Of a DNA stretch of 64,000 nucleotides, positions 52,388 to 64,000 are shown piece after piece. Every line of letters begins with the position of its first letter. The stretch's first letter is position 1. Source of the stretch: Phoronis australis (Eukaryota; Animalia; Phoronida). A program made the translations under genes and the position numbers. The notes beneath the pieces were generated by a model that was given only the letters and a program-made list of their open reading frames with translations, had not been told where the DNA came from and ran no database searches. The DNA is taken from assembly GCA_002633005.1 (NCBI GenBank), contig NMRA01000127.1, positions 829,253 to 893,252 on the forward strand. Reading direction: 5' to 3'.

Positions 52388-53452
52388 TGTGTTCTGGCCC
52401 ATTATGTTTATTTTGACTCATTAAGTTCCATTTGGCCCATTATGTCATTTTCTAACCATTATGTCTATTTTGTCCTTTTTTGACCATTTTGCTTATTAGA
52501 TCTATTTTTACCCTTTTGATGATATTTCTCCCATCAAGTTTGTTTTGATGTATTGCTTTATTGATAAATATAATTCATACATCACCAACGGCCATTAATT
52601 CCGTTCGGAATGATTGCACTGAAAAGGATCGTGGGTGTGGGGGTCTTGACACATTATGTCTTTTTGACACATTCATGTCCACTGAAAAATAACGTAGAAA
52701 ATTAATCCGAAACTAAAGGAGGCGATCCAGATCTTCTATAGGATACACGTGTGTGTCGAAAGAAGAATAAATATACGTAAATAAAACAACAAAGATTTTT
52801 TAAGTATATTTGTCCACTGAAAGCAGTTTCTGCCTTTAAATGATTTTCATTCATTAAGTTTGTTTTGGTCCTTAATCTTACTGTTGAAAATAATCACTAT
52901 TTCACAGTTATGGATTACCTTGGCGGTTAACTCCGTTTTAATCAATTATGCAGAAATGGACGTAGTGGTTCAAAACGCACACAATGGATCAAGTGGACAG
53001 AATTAACTTAAGGGATTAAAATAGATCTGTGAAGTGAAAGAGGACATAATGAGTCAAAATGGACATCATGGGGGTAAAATGGACATAATAGGTGAAATGG
53101 ACTTAATTGATCAAAGTGAACAGGAAGGGCCAAAGTGGTCATCATGGTGAAATAGTCGTAATGATTAAAAAGGGTATAGTGGGCTTAAATTGACGTAACG
53201 GATAAAATGGACATAATGGATCAAGCCGGTTACAATGAGTTGCAATGGACATAATGGGTCAGAACAGGCGTGTTTTTTTTAAAAGTAGAGGCTTAAATCT
53301 CACTGCGGGAGTTGCAATGGACATAATGGGTCAGAACAGGCGTGGTTTTTTAAATGTAGAGGCTTAAATCTCACTGCGGGAGTTGCAATGGACATAATGG
53401 GTCAGAACAGGCGTGGTTTTTTAAATGTAGAGGCTTAAATCTCACTGAGGGA
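52388..53452. mobile_element. Foldback-like element of degenerate GGACATAAT repeats whose right end is triplicated as a 71-72-bp tandem repeat (53237-53452)
   Basis: Left TGTTCTGGCCCATTATG is inverted relative to right CATAATGGGTCAGAACA. A paralogous copy at ~43598-44357 is cut off by the HINE. Confidence 0.6.
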
Positions 53453-56400
53453 GACAACTAACTTGAATCTGAATATCAATGAGCAAGACAACAAGGTAAA
53501 GTTCAAACTTTCATTTTGTGCAATTTAACGGTGCTGTTGTAAATCAACAGCATTCATTGATATGTGAGGGGTGGCTATAGCCAAATGGAGTTAAACTTTC
53601 TCCAGTACGCAGAAACTTTGGAGAGTCTTCGCAAATAACTATTAGAAAATACACGTGTGTCCTTGAAAGTCACTAAAACCTACTAAAGCCGGGACTTCAA
53701 AGTTAAAAGGGTGCAGCTCATAAAAATCATTAACTTTACATCCCAAGCAAACAACACTTTGAACTCCACCTTGTGACGGATTGAGAAATTTGATAAACAT
53801 AGCCTCCTGAACACCTCTTTGAAAGATTTTTTAATTCTTAACCTGTCTTGTGAAAATGCAATAGACGATTATTCCCGCCAAATTTCTGTACCATCTCCCC
53901 TTTCAAGGAGGCGTTCTGCCTCCGAGGTTCTAGTAGTTTAATTTTGTGAGTGTCCAGCAGACCAGGTTTAATTCGAATACAATGAACTTTCCTGAGCGGA
54001 TCAACTCAACAACTATATTATATTGATGCCAATTTAATCGCAAGAAAATGCACACTCTCTTGGATGATGAAAGTTTGGTTGTTGCTTTTTATAATTTTCG
54101 TGTTAAAATTCCATTGGCCAAATCTTTGAAAATGCTTCATATTAAAATGAGGGTTATAGAATCGATGACCACGGAATCTCCTCGATGATCTGTTTATCAT
54201 GTGTAAGAACTGACATTCCTAAACGATTTGAAGCACTCTCTACCTCTACCGCGTGTAAGTACTCACGCGAAGCCCTCCTTCGTCGTGGTATCGGTAACAT
54301 CATAAGGGGCCTATTTCTCGAAAACTATACAACCAAAAGTTGATGTTTTCGTTTTCGGTTGTTGGTTTTTAGTGTACTCCCGAGAAGGCTACGGATTTCT
54401 GTTTTTTATCTTTGAGTAGTAGACAGATTTTCTGGCTCATCCTTAACCTGGTTTCGTGAAAGGTTCTGCCACCCACAGAATGGTTTTCAGCCAAAGATAG
54501 CTGGACTCCTTGAGCCACCAGGTATCGACTTCAGCGAATAAACCGAAAGAAGTAGCGTGGGGGACAAAGGTGGTATGTCAGTTGGTCGGTCTCTGGAACT
54601 CATTTCTGGGTTGCCGAGGTTGTGCCGTTGGTACAAATTTTGAATGTGTGATGGCACCCTCTCATCCATTATGTGAAAGAAATCCCATGCAGGGATTTGC
54701 TAAGGTTTGAAATTAGCGTTTATCAAGGTTTTTGAATGTAAACTACAGCGACCCCTGCACAGTCGCATTTTCACGGAAACAGTTGTCACGGAGCAACTGT
54801 CATAAAACAGCTGATTGGTCGCAGGTCTGCGTGTAAACACGACTGACACGGAAGGTGACCATTTTCCACACTAGTTAATTTGAGAGTGAGAGCAGTGTCA
54901 ACTACGCGGTTAAGCACAAACTTGGAGAAGGTGGATGGGATCATGTCTGTTGCGCATGCGCAAAAGCGTACATACGGGTGATTCGCAGGTCTTCCACGTG
55001 GTTTGGTAGTTCACATTTATTAGCGCAAGCATGCACAGGCAGTCAGTCTTCGTGTAAATGACTCAGGCTGATCCAGTATGCGATCTGATATCATGTAAAT
55101 GCGTCCGAAGTGGAGCAAGTCGTGCCGTAACAACTGTTCCCCCGTGTAAAACAGCTTATCCATTGCGTGGAAAAGTACTCATCGGGAATAACTCATTTTA
55201 ACCTGTAGGTGAGAACAAACCTATAGGTGCCACTCAACAAATTTCGCTAATTTTGGGCTTTAAAAACGAGGTCGAGTCAGCACAAGCACTCTCGTTATCT
55301 ATGTACTCTAATATACGGAAGGTATACAAGAGCGATACAATATGGCCGTCAACCAGTCGAGATTTTGCTGATTAAAATTAGGACGACACTTAAAAATACA
55401 CTACAGATCGGTAATTACAGGTATCGGGGCTAATTAACTTAATGTTTGTTTAGTGAAGACACAACAACTAAAGACAAATAGAATCATCTGATGCAGGCAA
55501 TGAGCCTCTAATTCCATACTTCACTCACCGAACGATGGGTACCGCAGATTGCTCTCTAATGCCGTTTATCTGGCAGCGGTGCGAGTCGGAGAGGTATGGT
55601 AATAAAACAATGTTTTAATGAGGTTGGTTAGCCATGCAGTGTTGAAAGCACAATTTGGAAGGAAGATGAGTTCTTATAATTTTTATATGAAGAGCATGTT
55701 CGTCAAACGAAAACACAGAAAATGGATGAACATGTGGTTGTTGTGACTGCCTAATTATCCAAGAGCACGTATTCTAATATTTACTGTCATGACCCTCAGG
55801 ACGTGTTATCACTTATGTTGTTTTGATTTGATGCGACGTTACGTTGGGCATGCGCACTAGAGCGCCACCTGCAGTACCCATCGTTAATCCGTGAGTGAGC
55901 TGTGGAATTTTTGGCATACTGCCAACATCAATTGCTTCCACTTGTCGTTAATGGTTATGACTTCACGAAACAAACATTAGATTAAGCATCAGAACCCGCA
56001 ATTGCCGATTTCAAGTGTATTTTCAACGGTCTTGTTCATTTAAATCAGTAAGAACTCGTCTGCTCGTCGGCCATATTGGATCATTCTTGTATACCTTCTA
56101 TTTATTACAGTGTCATACGAGAGGCTGATTAAAGGTGCTTTTGATGTCAGCTCCTATAGCCTGTTCCACAGATGTGCAAAACTTGAAAAATGAACAATAT
56201 ACTTGACCAAAGACTTGAAAAATCTCGCACACTATCTGTTGAAACTAAATTTAAGTCAAGTTTTCTATCTGTTACAACGTTAGGAAGTGCAGCTGGCTAC
56301 ATGAAACACGAAAAAGTACACCAAGTCAAAAGTTTTCACCCCTAACTCACAATTTGCGTGCGATTTCTAGGAAGTGAGGGACACTGCATTGACACTGCCA

Positions 56401-56944
56401 AAATTCTCCACAATTCAGAAGTCAGGTGGAAGGTGGATGTCGACCAGACAGATTTTTACAAATCCAAAGTGTCTGAAGGGTACCTGAGTTTCTTGCTAAA
56501 TTTCAAAATACCGCTTGCCAGCAGTCTCTGCTGAGCAAGAAGTGGGCAAAGAAGTCAACAGCTAGCAATAAAGTTCACTCAGACACATTAAAAAATCAAA
56601 CAAATGCCATTCGTAGTCTTTACATCCAGAACAGAACTTAAAATGTCCAGCTAACCCAGCAAACACCAATTTTTAATGAAATTGGAACAAACAAATTGAA
56701 CCGTGACTCAAAGTACTGTTGAGCGCCACCTTAGACCTTGACATGGCAGTGATTACGTAATAGGTTGTATCAGCAGCGAAGCAATTCAGCTCATGTTTTA
56801 GCTCTATTGTTATGCAAAACTACCGACTTCATTTCTGACGTACCACTCAGAGGCCAGTCGTCACCTTATGCGAAGGTCATGGTTTTAAATTTTGGGCAGA
56901 CTGCACAGGATACATGAGTTGTGACTAACATGTGAGACAAGACC

Positions 56945-59900
56945 ATGGAGCACGTCTACGACTTACTACTCGTGTTTGTGATTTCGGTTGTCTGTGATCA
57001 CCAAACATATGCAGGTATGCTCTTTATCTACAAAATGCTAGTCTCTCGAAAAAACACTGTTCATTCATGCGTCTCAAAATTGACTGAGGCATTTCTAGCT
57101 GTGCAACTAGTACTTTCTCAGAAATTGTTGAGTTGAACTACACACCAGTGTTTCAAAACCGTATCTTTCGACTCTAGGCGAGCTCCCTTTCTCCAGATAA
57201 AGCTGTTTTTTGTACAGACAGGTTACGTGGTTATAGACGCGCAAAGCGTTTGCCACACTTGTCCATTTAGCAGACGTTTGAGCTTTTAAACACGCTTTAA
57301 GTCCTTTGAGAATTAAAAAGTGTCAAACATTTTATGCGCCCACATATTTATAAGTGGACGCATTATGCCGTCATCTTTGTCCTTCCGTCCGTCCGTCCGT
57401 CCGTCCGTCCGTCCGTCCGGGCGGCGTCCGTCTCTTTGACATACGTTCATGAAATTTGGCACATATGTTCCATTCATGAATGGGACGGCATGAGCGAACT
57501 ATCGGACGGATCCTACTGCAGGTGTGCCCCCTAGTGGCAGTTTTAGTTTTTACGCTTACCTTTGTATCTTCAAAGTCCTGAACGGATTTTCATGAAATTT
57601 AGTATGTAGATACTTATTAGTGAGATGACGCTATCTTCCCGTTTTCGAATGGATCGACGTAGTTTGCGCCACCTAGTGGCCATTTTTAATGTTTTCGAGT
57701 CTGTTTTTTGCGTCCCCCCTCTATCAACCAAACCGCTCAAAGGATGATTGTGAAAATTGGCATGTATGTGCTTACTATGAAGAGGACGGTTGACGATGAT
57801 TTTCCGACGATTTTGACTACTGTGGCGCCTCCTAGTGGCGGTTTTGTTTTTTTTTTGCCTATGGCTGTATCTCCTAAACGGTTAGCAGGATCTTTACGAA
57901 ATTTAGTAAGTATATTTATATGATGTTAACAATGGACGACGACGACTTTTAGAAAGATCCGACTACCGGTGTGCCCCTTAGAGGCAATTTTATTTTTTTA
58001 CGTTTACCTTTGTATCTTCAAAAGTCCTTAGCGGATTTTCATGAAATTTAATATGTAAGCCCCTATTAGTGAGGTGACGCTATCCTTCCGTTTTTGGATG
58101 GATTTCACGTAGTTTTCGCCACCTAGTGGCCATTTTTACTGTTTTCGATTCTGTTTTTTGCGTCCATCCCTCTATCAAGCAAACCGCTCAAAGGATGATT
58201 GTGAAAATTGGAATGTATGTGCTTACTATAAAGAGGACGGTTGACCATGATTTTCCGACGCTTTCGACTACTGTGGCGCCTCCTAGAGACAGTTTTGTTT
58301 TCGTTGCGTCTATGGCTGTATCTCTTAAACCGTTCGCAGGATGTTTACTTAATTTAGCAAGTGTATTTATATGACGTTGACTACGGATGACGACGACTTT
58401 CGGACAAATCTGACTACTGCTGTGCCCCCTAGTGGCAATTATATTTTTTTACGTTTGTCTCAGTATCTTCAAAGGTCCTCAACAGATTTTCATAAAATTT
58501 TAAATATAGGCTTCTGACGCCATCTTAATGTTTTTGGATGGAATCGAGGTATTTTGCAACACCTTGTGCCCATTTTTACTGTTTTCAAATCTTTTTTTGG
58601 TGTCCACTCCTGTATCAACCAAATCATTTGAATATTGGCATATATGTTCTCAGTGTGAAGACTACCTTTGATGATGGTGACTGACTACTGTTGCGCCTCC
58701 TAGTGGTAGTTTTGTTTTGTGCCCATAGTTAAATCTCCTAAACCCACTGCAGGATATTTATTAAATTTAGTAAGTGAATTTATATGAAGATAACTACAGA
58801 CGACGACGACTTTCAGGCGGATCCAACGGACACTGTGCCCACTAGTGGCAATTTCATTTTATTCTGTTTTCCTTTGTTTCTCTGAAGTTCCTTGACAGAT
58901 TTTTATGAAATGTGGCATGTTCCTGTTTTTGGTTGGATTGCATGTTTTTGCGCCATCTAGTGGCCATTTGTATGTTACAAATAAATAACCCTAAAAGCAC
59001 ACCATTTGCAATGCATTCGTGGGTGCATTTCAAGGTTCCGCGTTGCTCTTGTTAAATCACTTCAAAATGGTTAGCTTTAGTCAGCGTGGATTAGGTTGCA
59101 TAAAATTTTGAAACATAAAAGTTTTATCAATGCTTGTCCAAAATACGCAATTTGCTACAAGGTGACCTTCGAGGGACGACGGTTCACCGCAACGTGTGGA
59201 CTCTCCGGGAAGTGGTGTTGCAAAGAGTTGCATTTGCGTTGCCAACAAATTCCTTTGCCTGTATGATCAGGCCTTCGCATGAATAATTTACACGACAATC
59301 AGGTCATTGTTGATAGAAAAGTGGCGCGGGAATGTGTGATTGATGTGATTCAGCGTATCCAGCTATGTACTATTAGCCATACAAATACCGCTTCATTGTA
59401 GGTCCTGTTATTCTCATTTCGAACACCGTCGATGCAACAACCGTGATGAGCGAAATCGTGACAACAAAAACGACTTCACGGGAAGGAAATGGTATAACAA
59501 GGCCACGTGAAGTTCGTTGTTCTATTGAAATTAACTTTTTTAAATCCCCCAATAACACCGCAACTGATTTGCTTATGGAGGCTTTGGAACACAAGAACAG
59601 TACGGTGTTTGACACCCAAGAGAATTTCATTTGTGAAGAACTGACACGAGCCTTTAAAGATAAATTCAAAAAAGATATAGGAAATCTGAGTTGCACTGTT
59701 CGTCGTTTCTTTGGAAAGGACGAGATAAGGGCGATAGTTGCCATGGAATTACGAGAAGACCCGAAAGCCGAAGACATATACTCAAAAAGTTGGTACTCAT
59801 TTGGAGATTTGATAACATTTACTCAAGTCCGTTCGCCTTTAGCGTATCATTTGAATCGATCTTTAAGGCAAAATTTTTTCGTTGTGTCTGTTTCTGACAT

Positions 59901-60480
59901 AGACGAATGCACAACTACTAAAGAGTGTTCGCCTTTTGCTAACTGCGAATATTCCGAAGGTTATCATTCTTGTGCATGTTCGGAAGGTTACGTTGACAAG
60001 ATGAAGGACGGATATCCCGGTCGCACATGCGTAATGCAGTGTTCCCGAATCGTCTGCTATAATGGCGGTTTCTGCAGAGAGGACCCTGACGGTCACGGGT
60101 CGTGCAGTTGTCCTGTGACGACACAGGGAATGCACTGCGAAATTAGCGATCGCCAAAATTTGAGACGTTGGGAAGTAGCTCTTGTTTCATGCTGTCTTGC
60201 TGCAGTGCTTTTGACTTTACCAATGTTTCTGGTTTACATTTCGTTAAAACGAAAAAAACGCCAACGAAAAAAGTCCACCATGCAATACTTTCGGAAGAAT
60301 TTTGGACCCACAGTTGTACCAGTGATTTATGACGATTCAAACACAAACCTAAATGGAAATTTATTCCAATCTGTGTTTCTATTCCAAGGGAGAAACGGTT
60401 ACGTTTTCTTCGGTTACAGCAGTGACCTCGAATGGTACTGGGAACCCGTGGACGATTTTGATTCCGTTATTTCGTTTTAA
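56945..60480 (+). CDS. Gene D, unit 3: SEA-like + calcium-binding EGF + EGF + TM protein (MUC13/SP63-like architecture); exons 56945-57014 and 59402-60480
   Basis: Phase-1 signal exon MEHVYDLLLVFVISVVCDHQTYA|G joins in frame to a single large exon: SEA-like region, cbEGF DIDEC...CSPFANC...YHSCAC..GY...PGRTC, EGF CYNGGFC...CSC...GMHCE, TM VALVSCCLAAVLLTLPMFLVYI and KRKKRQRKK. Confidence 0.85.
57333..59052 (+). mobile_element. Full-length HINE (Helentron-associated, DINE-1-like) in intron 1 of gene D
   Basis: 5' subTIR ATGCGCCCAC with nearby inverted copy GTGGACGCAT, (GTCC)n microsatellite, ~450-bp central tandem repeats, 3' subTIR GTGGGTGCAT, terminal hairpin and CTCTTGT end; T-rich target with no TSD. 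Confidence 0.9.
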
Positions 60481-61060
60481 CAGATATGAATTTGTATTTT
60501 ACTAACAGTTACAGGCATATTTTTTCTGTTTTATAGTGTATATGTGAGATTTTACGAATTCCAGGCATTTGCTACCTACTCTTATCATTTACTAATGTAT
60601 GAGTTACAGCACATTTTATGAGTTTTAGCTTTGAGCACTAGCTGTCAAAACTAAATTTGACGAGAAAACTTTTAATTTCTTCCGAATGACGTCGGTTTAA
60701 CGTTTGAAGTGCTGTTGAACATTATTTCTATATGTTAAGGCATGTTTTAATGGAACTCTGTTGAAATGATTTCAAACACGAAATGTGTAAGCCTTTATCA
60801 TCTCAACTTTAAGTTTAAAACTGTTAGCAGTTTGAATATATTTTGTTTGGTCATGAAATTTTTGTCGTTAATAACTTATGAATTTCTACTATAATTTGTA
60901 ACACGTCGTTGTGACAAAAATACTTATTTTCCTTTTGTCTCCTGTATTCTGTGTTGTCGTTAACGTAAGAGATATTTTGTAATTATCTGCTGATACAGTA
61001 GGTACATATTTATAAAAACCTCGACAACAGTTTGGAAAATTGCGTTCACTCACCCGTTTT

Positions 61061-62643
61061 TATGCGCCCACATATTTATATGTGGACGCATTATGCCGTC
61101 ATCTCTGTCCGTCCGTCCGTCCGTCCGTCCGTCCGTCCGTCCGTCCGTCCGGGCGGCGTCCGGCGTCCGGCGTCTGGCGTCCGGCGTCCGCTGCTCTATC
61201 TCCAAAACCCTTTGATATACGTTCATGAAATTTGGCACATATGTTCCATTCATCAATGGGACGGCATGTGCGAACTTTCGGACGGATCCGACTACCGGTG
61301 TGCCCCCTAGTTGCAATTTTAGTTTTTTACGCTTACCTTTGTATCTTCAAAAGTTTTGAACGGATTTTCATGAAATTTGGTATGTAGGCACCTATTAGTG
61401 AGATGACGCTATCCTGCCGTTTTCAGATGGATTCGACATAGTTTGCGCCACCTAGTGGCCATTTTTAGTGTTTTCGAGTCTGTTTTTGTGCGTCCACCCC
61501 TCTATCAACCAAACCGCTCAAAGGATGATTGTGAAAATTGGCATGTATGTGCTTACTATGTAGAGGACGGTTGACGATGATTTTCCGACGATTTCGACTA
61601 CTGTGGCGCCTCCTAGTGGCAGTTTTTTTTTTTTTGCGCCTATGGCTGTATCTCCTAAACCGTTCGCAGGATCTTTACGAAATTGTGTAAGTATATTTAT
61701 ATGATGTTAACAACGGAAGATGACGACTTTTGGACGGATCCGACTACCGGTGTGCCCCCTAGTGGCAATTTTAGTTTTTTACGCTTACCTTTGTATCTTC
61801 AAAAGTCCTTAACGGATTTTCATGAAATTTGGTATGTAGGCACCTATTAGTGAGATGACGCTATCCTCCTGTTTTCAGATGGATTCGACATAGTTTGCGC
61901 CACCTAGTGGCCATTTTTACTGTTTTCGAGTCTGTATTTTTGCGTCCACCCCTCTATCAACCAAACCGCTCAAAGGATGATTGTGAAAATTGGCGTGTAT
62001 GTGCTTACTATAAGGAAGACAGCTGACAATGATTTTCAGACGATTTGGACTACTGTGGCGCCTCCTAGAGGCAGTGTTGTTTTTTTTTTGCGCCCATGGC
62101 TGTATCTCCCAAACCGTTTGCAGGATCTTTACTAAATTTAGCAAGTATATTTATGTGATGTTGACAACGGACGATGACGACTTTAGGATGATTCTGACTA
62201 CCGGTATGCCTCTAGTGGCAATTTTAGTATTTGCCTCTAGTGGCAATTTTAGTATTTTACATTGACCTCTGTATTTTCATAGGTCTTCAAGTGTATACTT
62301 TGTGTTGCTTCGTGACTATGAAGGAAAAGTTCCAAGTAGAAATTTGTTTCTGCCATTCTAATGCTGTGCTAATCTCGTATGTTGGTAAATTTATTTTTAA
62401 TTCTATGTTTCCGTGGTGCTTTAAGCAACTGGTGTATAGGATGTGCTTGTATTATGAAGATTACTTACATTTTGCCCCTAGCCTATTGAGGAGACAATGA
62501 CCATGCCTTTCCATTTTGCTAAGTACAACATACTACATATATGCCCTCTACTGGCCACTTTATGGTACCAATAAACAACCATAGAAAGGTTACCGTATGC
62601 GGTGCAATTGTGGGCGCATTTCAACGCTCTGTGTTGCTCTTGT
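61061..62643 (+). mobile_element. Full-length HINE (Helentron-associated, DINE-1-like), second subfamily
   Basis: Same architecture. Central repeat period 452 bp (GCGCCACCTAGTGGCC at 61445 and 61897); 3' TGTGGGCGCATTTCAACGCTCTGTGTTGCTCTTGT. Confidence 0.9.
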
Positions 62644-64000
62644 TATTATTTTATTTTTAAGAAACAATAATTAAATCTACTACTGTTTCTTATACTGACC
62701 CAACTGGATGACTGAAAACATTCATCGTATTTTATTTTTAATTAAATCATGTTGCATACCAATGAAAAGCCCAGTCATTCTGCTTTCCAACAATATCACA
62801 CTTTGTCAATAACTATTCCTTGTCTTAAGTAACTTTGCTGCCAGAGGGCGCTTGGTTTCAAAGTTAATGTTGCAAAATCACTTGGAGCTAAATATGTATT
62901 CAAGTTTCAGCATTCAGGTTTTTCAGTATCAATTGCAGTGCTGATTCCATGGTATTAAAAACTTATGACAATTTGGTAACACTTGGACGCCGTATTGAAC
63001 AACTGACTAACAGACAGTAGTAATAGTCTGACTGATAAACAACAGTGATAGTCTTCTCAGCATAGGGTTGTCGAACCATTCGCAGTCACTGCAGCGACAC
63101 ATTTTCTTCGCATGCTGTTTACTAGCCAAGCGACGCGTGCTACGTTTGATGGCATTCCACTCCTGAGTCAGTAGACGCCTAAACAAGACACAGTGTTTGT
63201 GTTGGTCACTCGGGCACTTACGGCTCATACTTATTGGTCCCACAGGTGCCGATAGGGTTCAAGTTTGGGCTGCATGCGGGCCATTCCATTTGGAGCCAGA
63301 ACACTAGATTTTCACATTTAAAGAAAGCTGCAAACTGGGTACTTCAAACACTGCATAATTACGACTCAAGCTAATCCTGCTAACAGTAGGAGTTCCATGC
63401 CATCAATCAGTGTCTCACCAATAAGCCTGTTTCTAAAAAGCTAACCCCCACATTTTTTTACTCTTTTTAGGACTAGCATGGAGCCGTATCTCTCAGCGTG
63501 AGACAAATATTCCCAAGATGAATATCTGAATTGTTTGGAGTTTCCAACTGAACACACACCTGTATGAATGAGGTACTTTTCGTGATTTCGCTCACATGAG
63601 GGCGCTTTTGTCCCATTTATTATTCCCGATTTGGTCAGACGATACCGGAGGTGATTGGTGACAGTATCAATTTACGATTGAAATGCATGGTGTTAAGTTT
63701 CAGTTGCTGTTTGTGAAAACACGATTGATCTTGCAAATTACCAGAGTATTACTAACAAAATCGACAATTTTAAATGCTCTCCAAAACGGAGCGTACGTAG
63801 ATGTCAGAATGAAAACTGAGTTTGTTATAATCCTGAATATCCGCAACCTTCGCACAACCTTGCGTATATCACTCCAAAGACATCGGTTTTAGCAGGTCCT
63901 ACTCCCCCTTTACTAACGTGGAAAATGCACGTCATTTGTTTACTCTACCCAATTGAATAGTCAAGATGGTGGACAGAAACCGTAGACTCGAGTAACGGGA

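Noticed and set aside
53560-54700. Possible decayed protease/transposase coding sequence on the minus strand
   Set aside because: Too many stops and no motif I can identify with confidence without a search.

Overview
Eukaryotic (invertebrate animal, probably bilaterian) genomic DNA: AT-rich, with spliceosomal introns, assembly gaps and many transposon relics. The main structure is a tandemly triplicated, same-strand four-gene cassette: A = Thr-rich mucin-like type I membrane protein, B = a second mucin-like type I membrane protein, D = SEA/EGF/EGF/TM protein, C = 7-exon orphan coiled-coil protein. The three units (about 11-22 kb, 23/38-47 kb and 48-60.5 kb) have lost different members. Also present: three in-phase exons of a decayed PDE5/PDE11-type phosphodiesterase with a deleted Gypsy LTR retrotransposon in an intron; a Polinton/Maverick end (AGTAGT terminus plus pPolB relic) abutting a MITE that carries a nested Kolobok element; Helentron-type non-autonomous elements (HINE/DINE-1-like) whose central repeats are arrays of CTCF-like motifs; an inverted Penelope-like relic with a degenerate hammerhead ribozyme; MITEs and micro/minisatellites. 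Several duplications in the first 15 kb flank single-N joins and are probably haplotype assembly artefacts. All gene models were built by hand from splice signals and reading-frame phase, and family calls rest on recalled motifs, not database searches.
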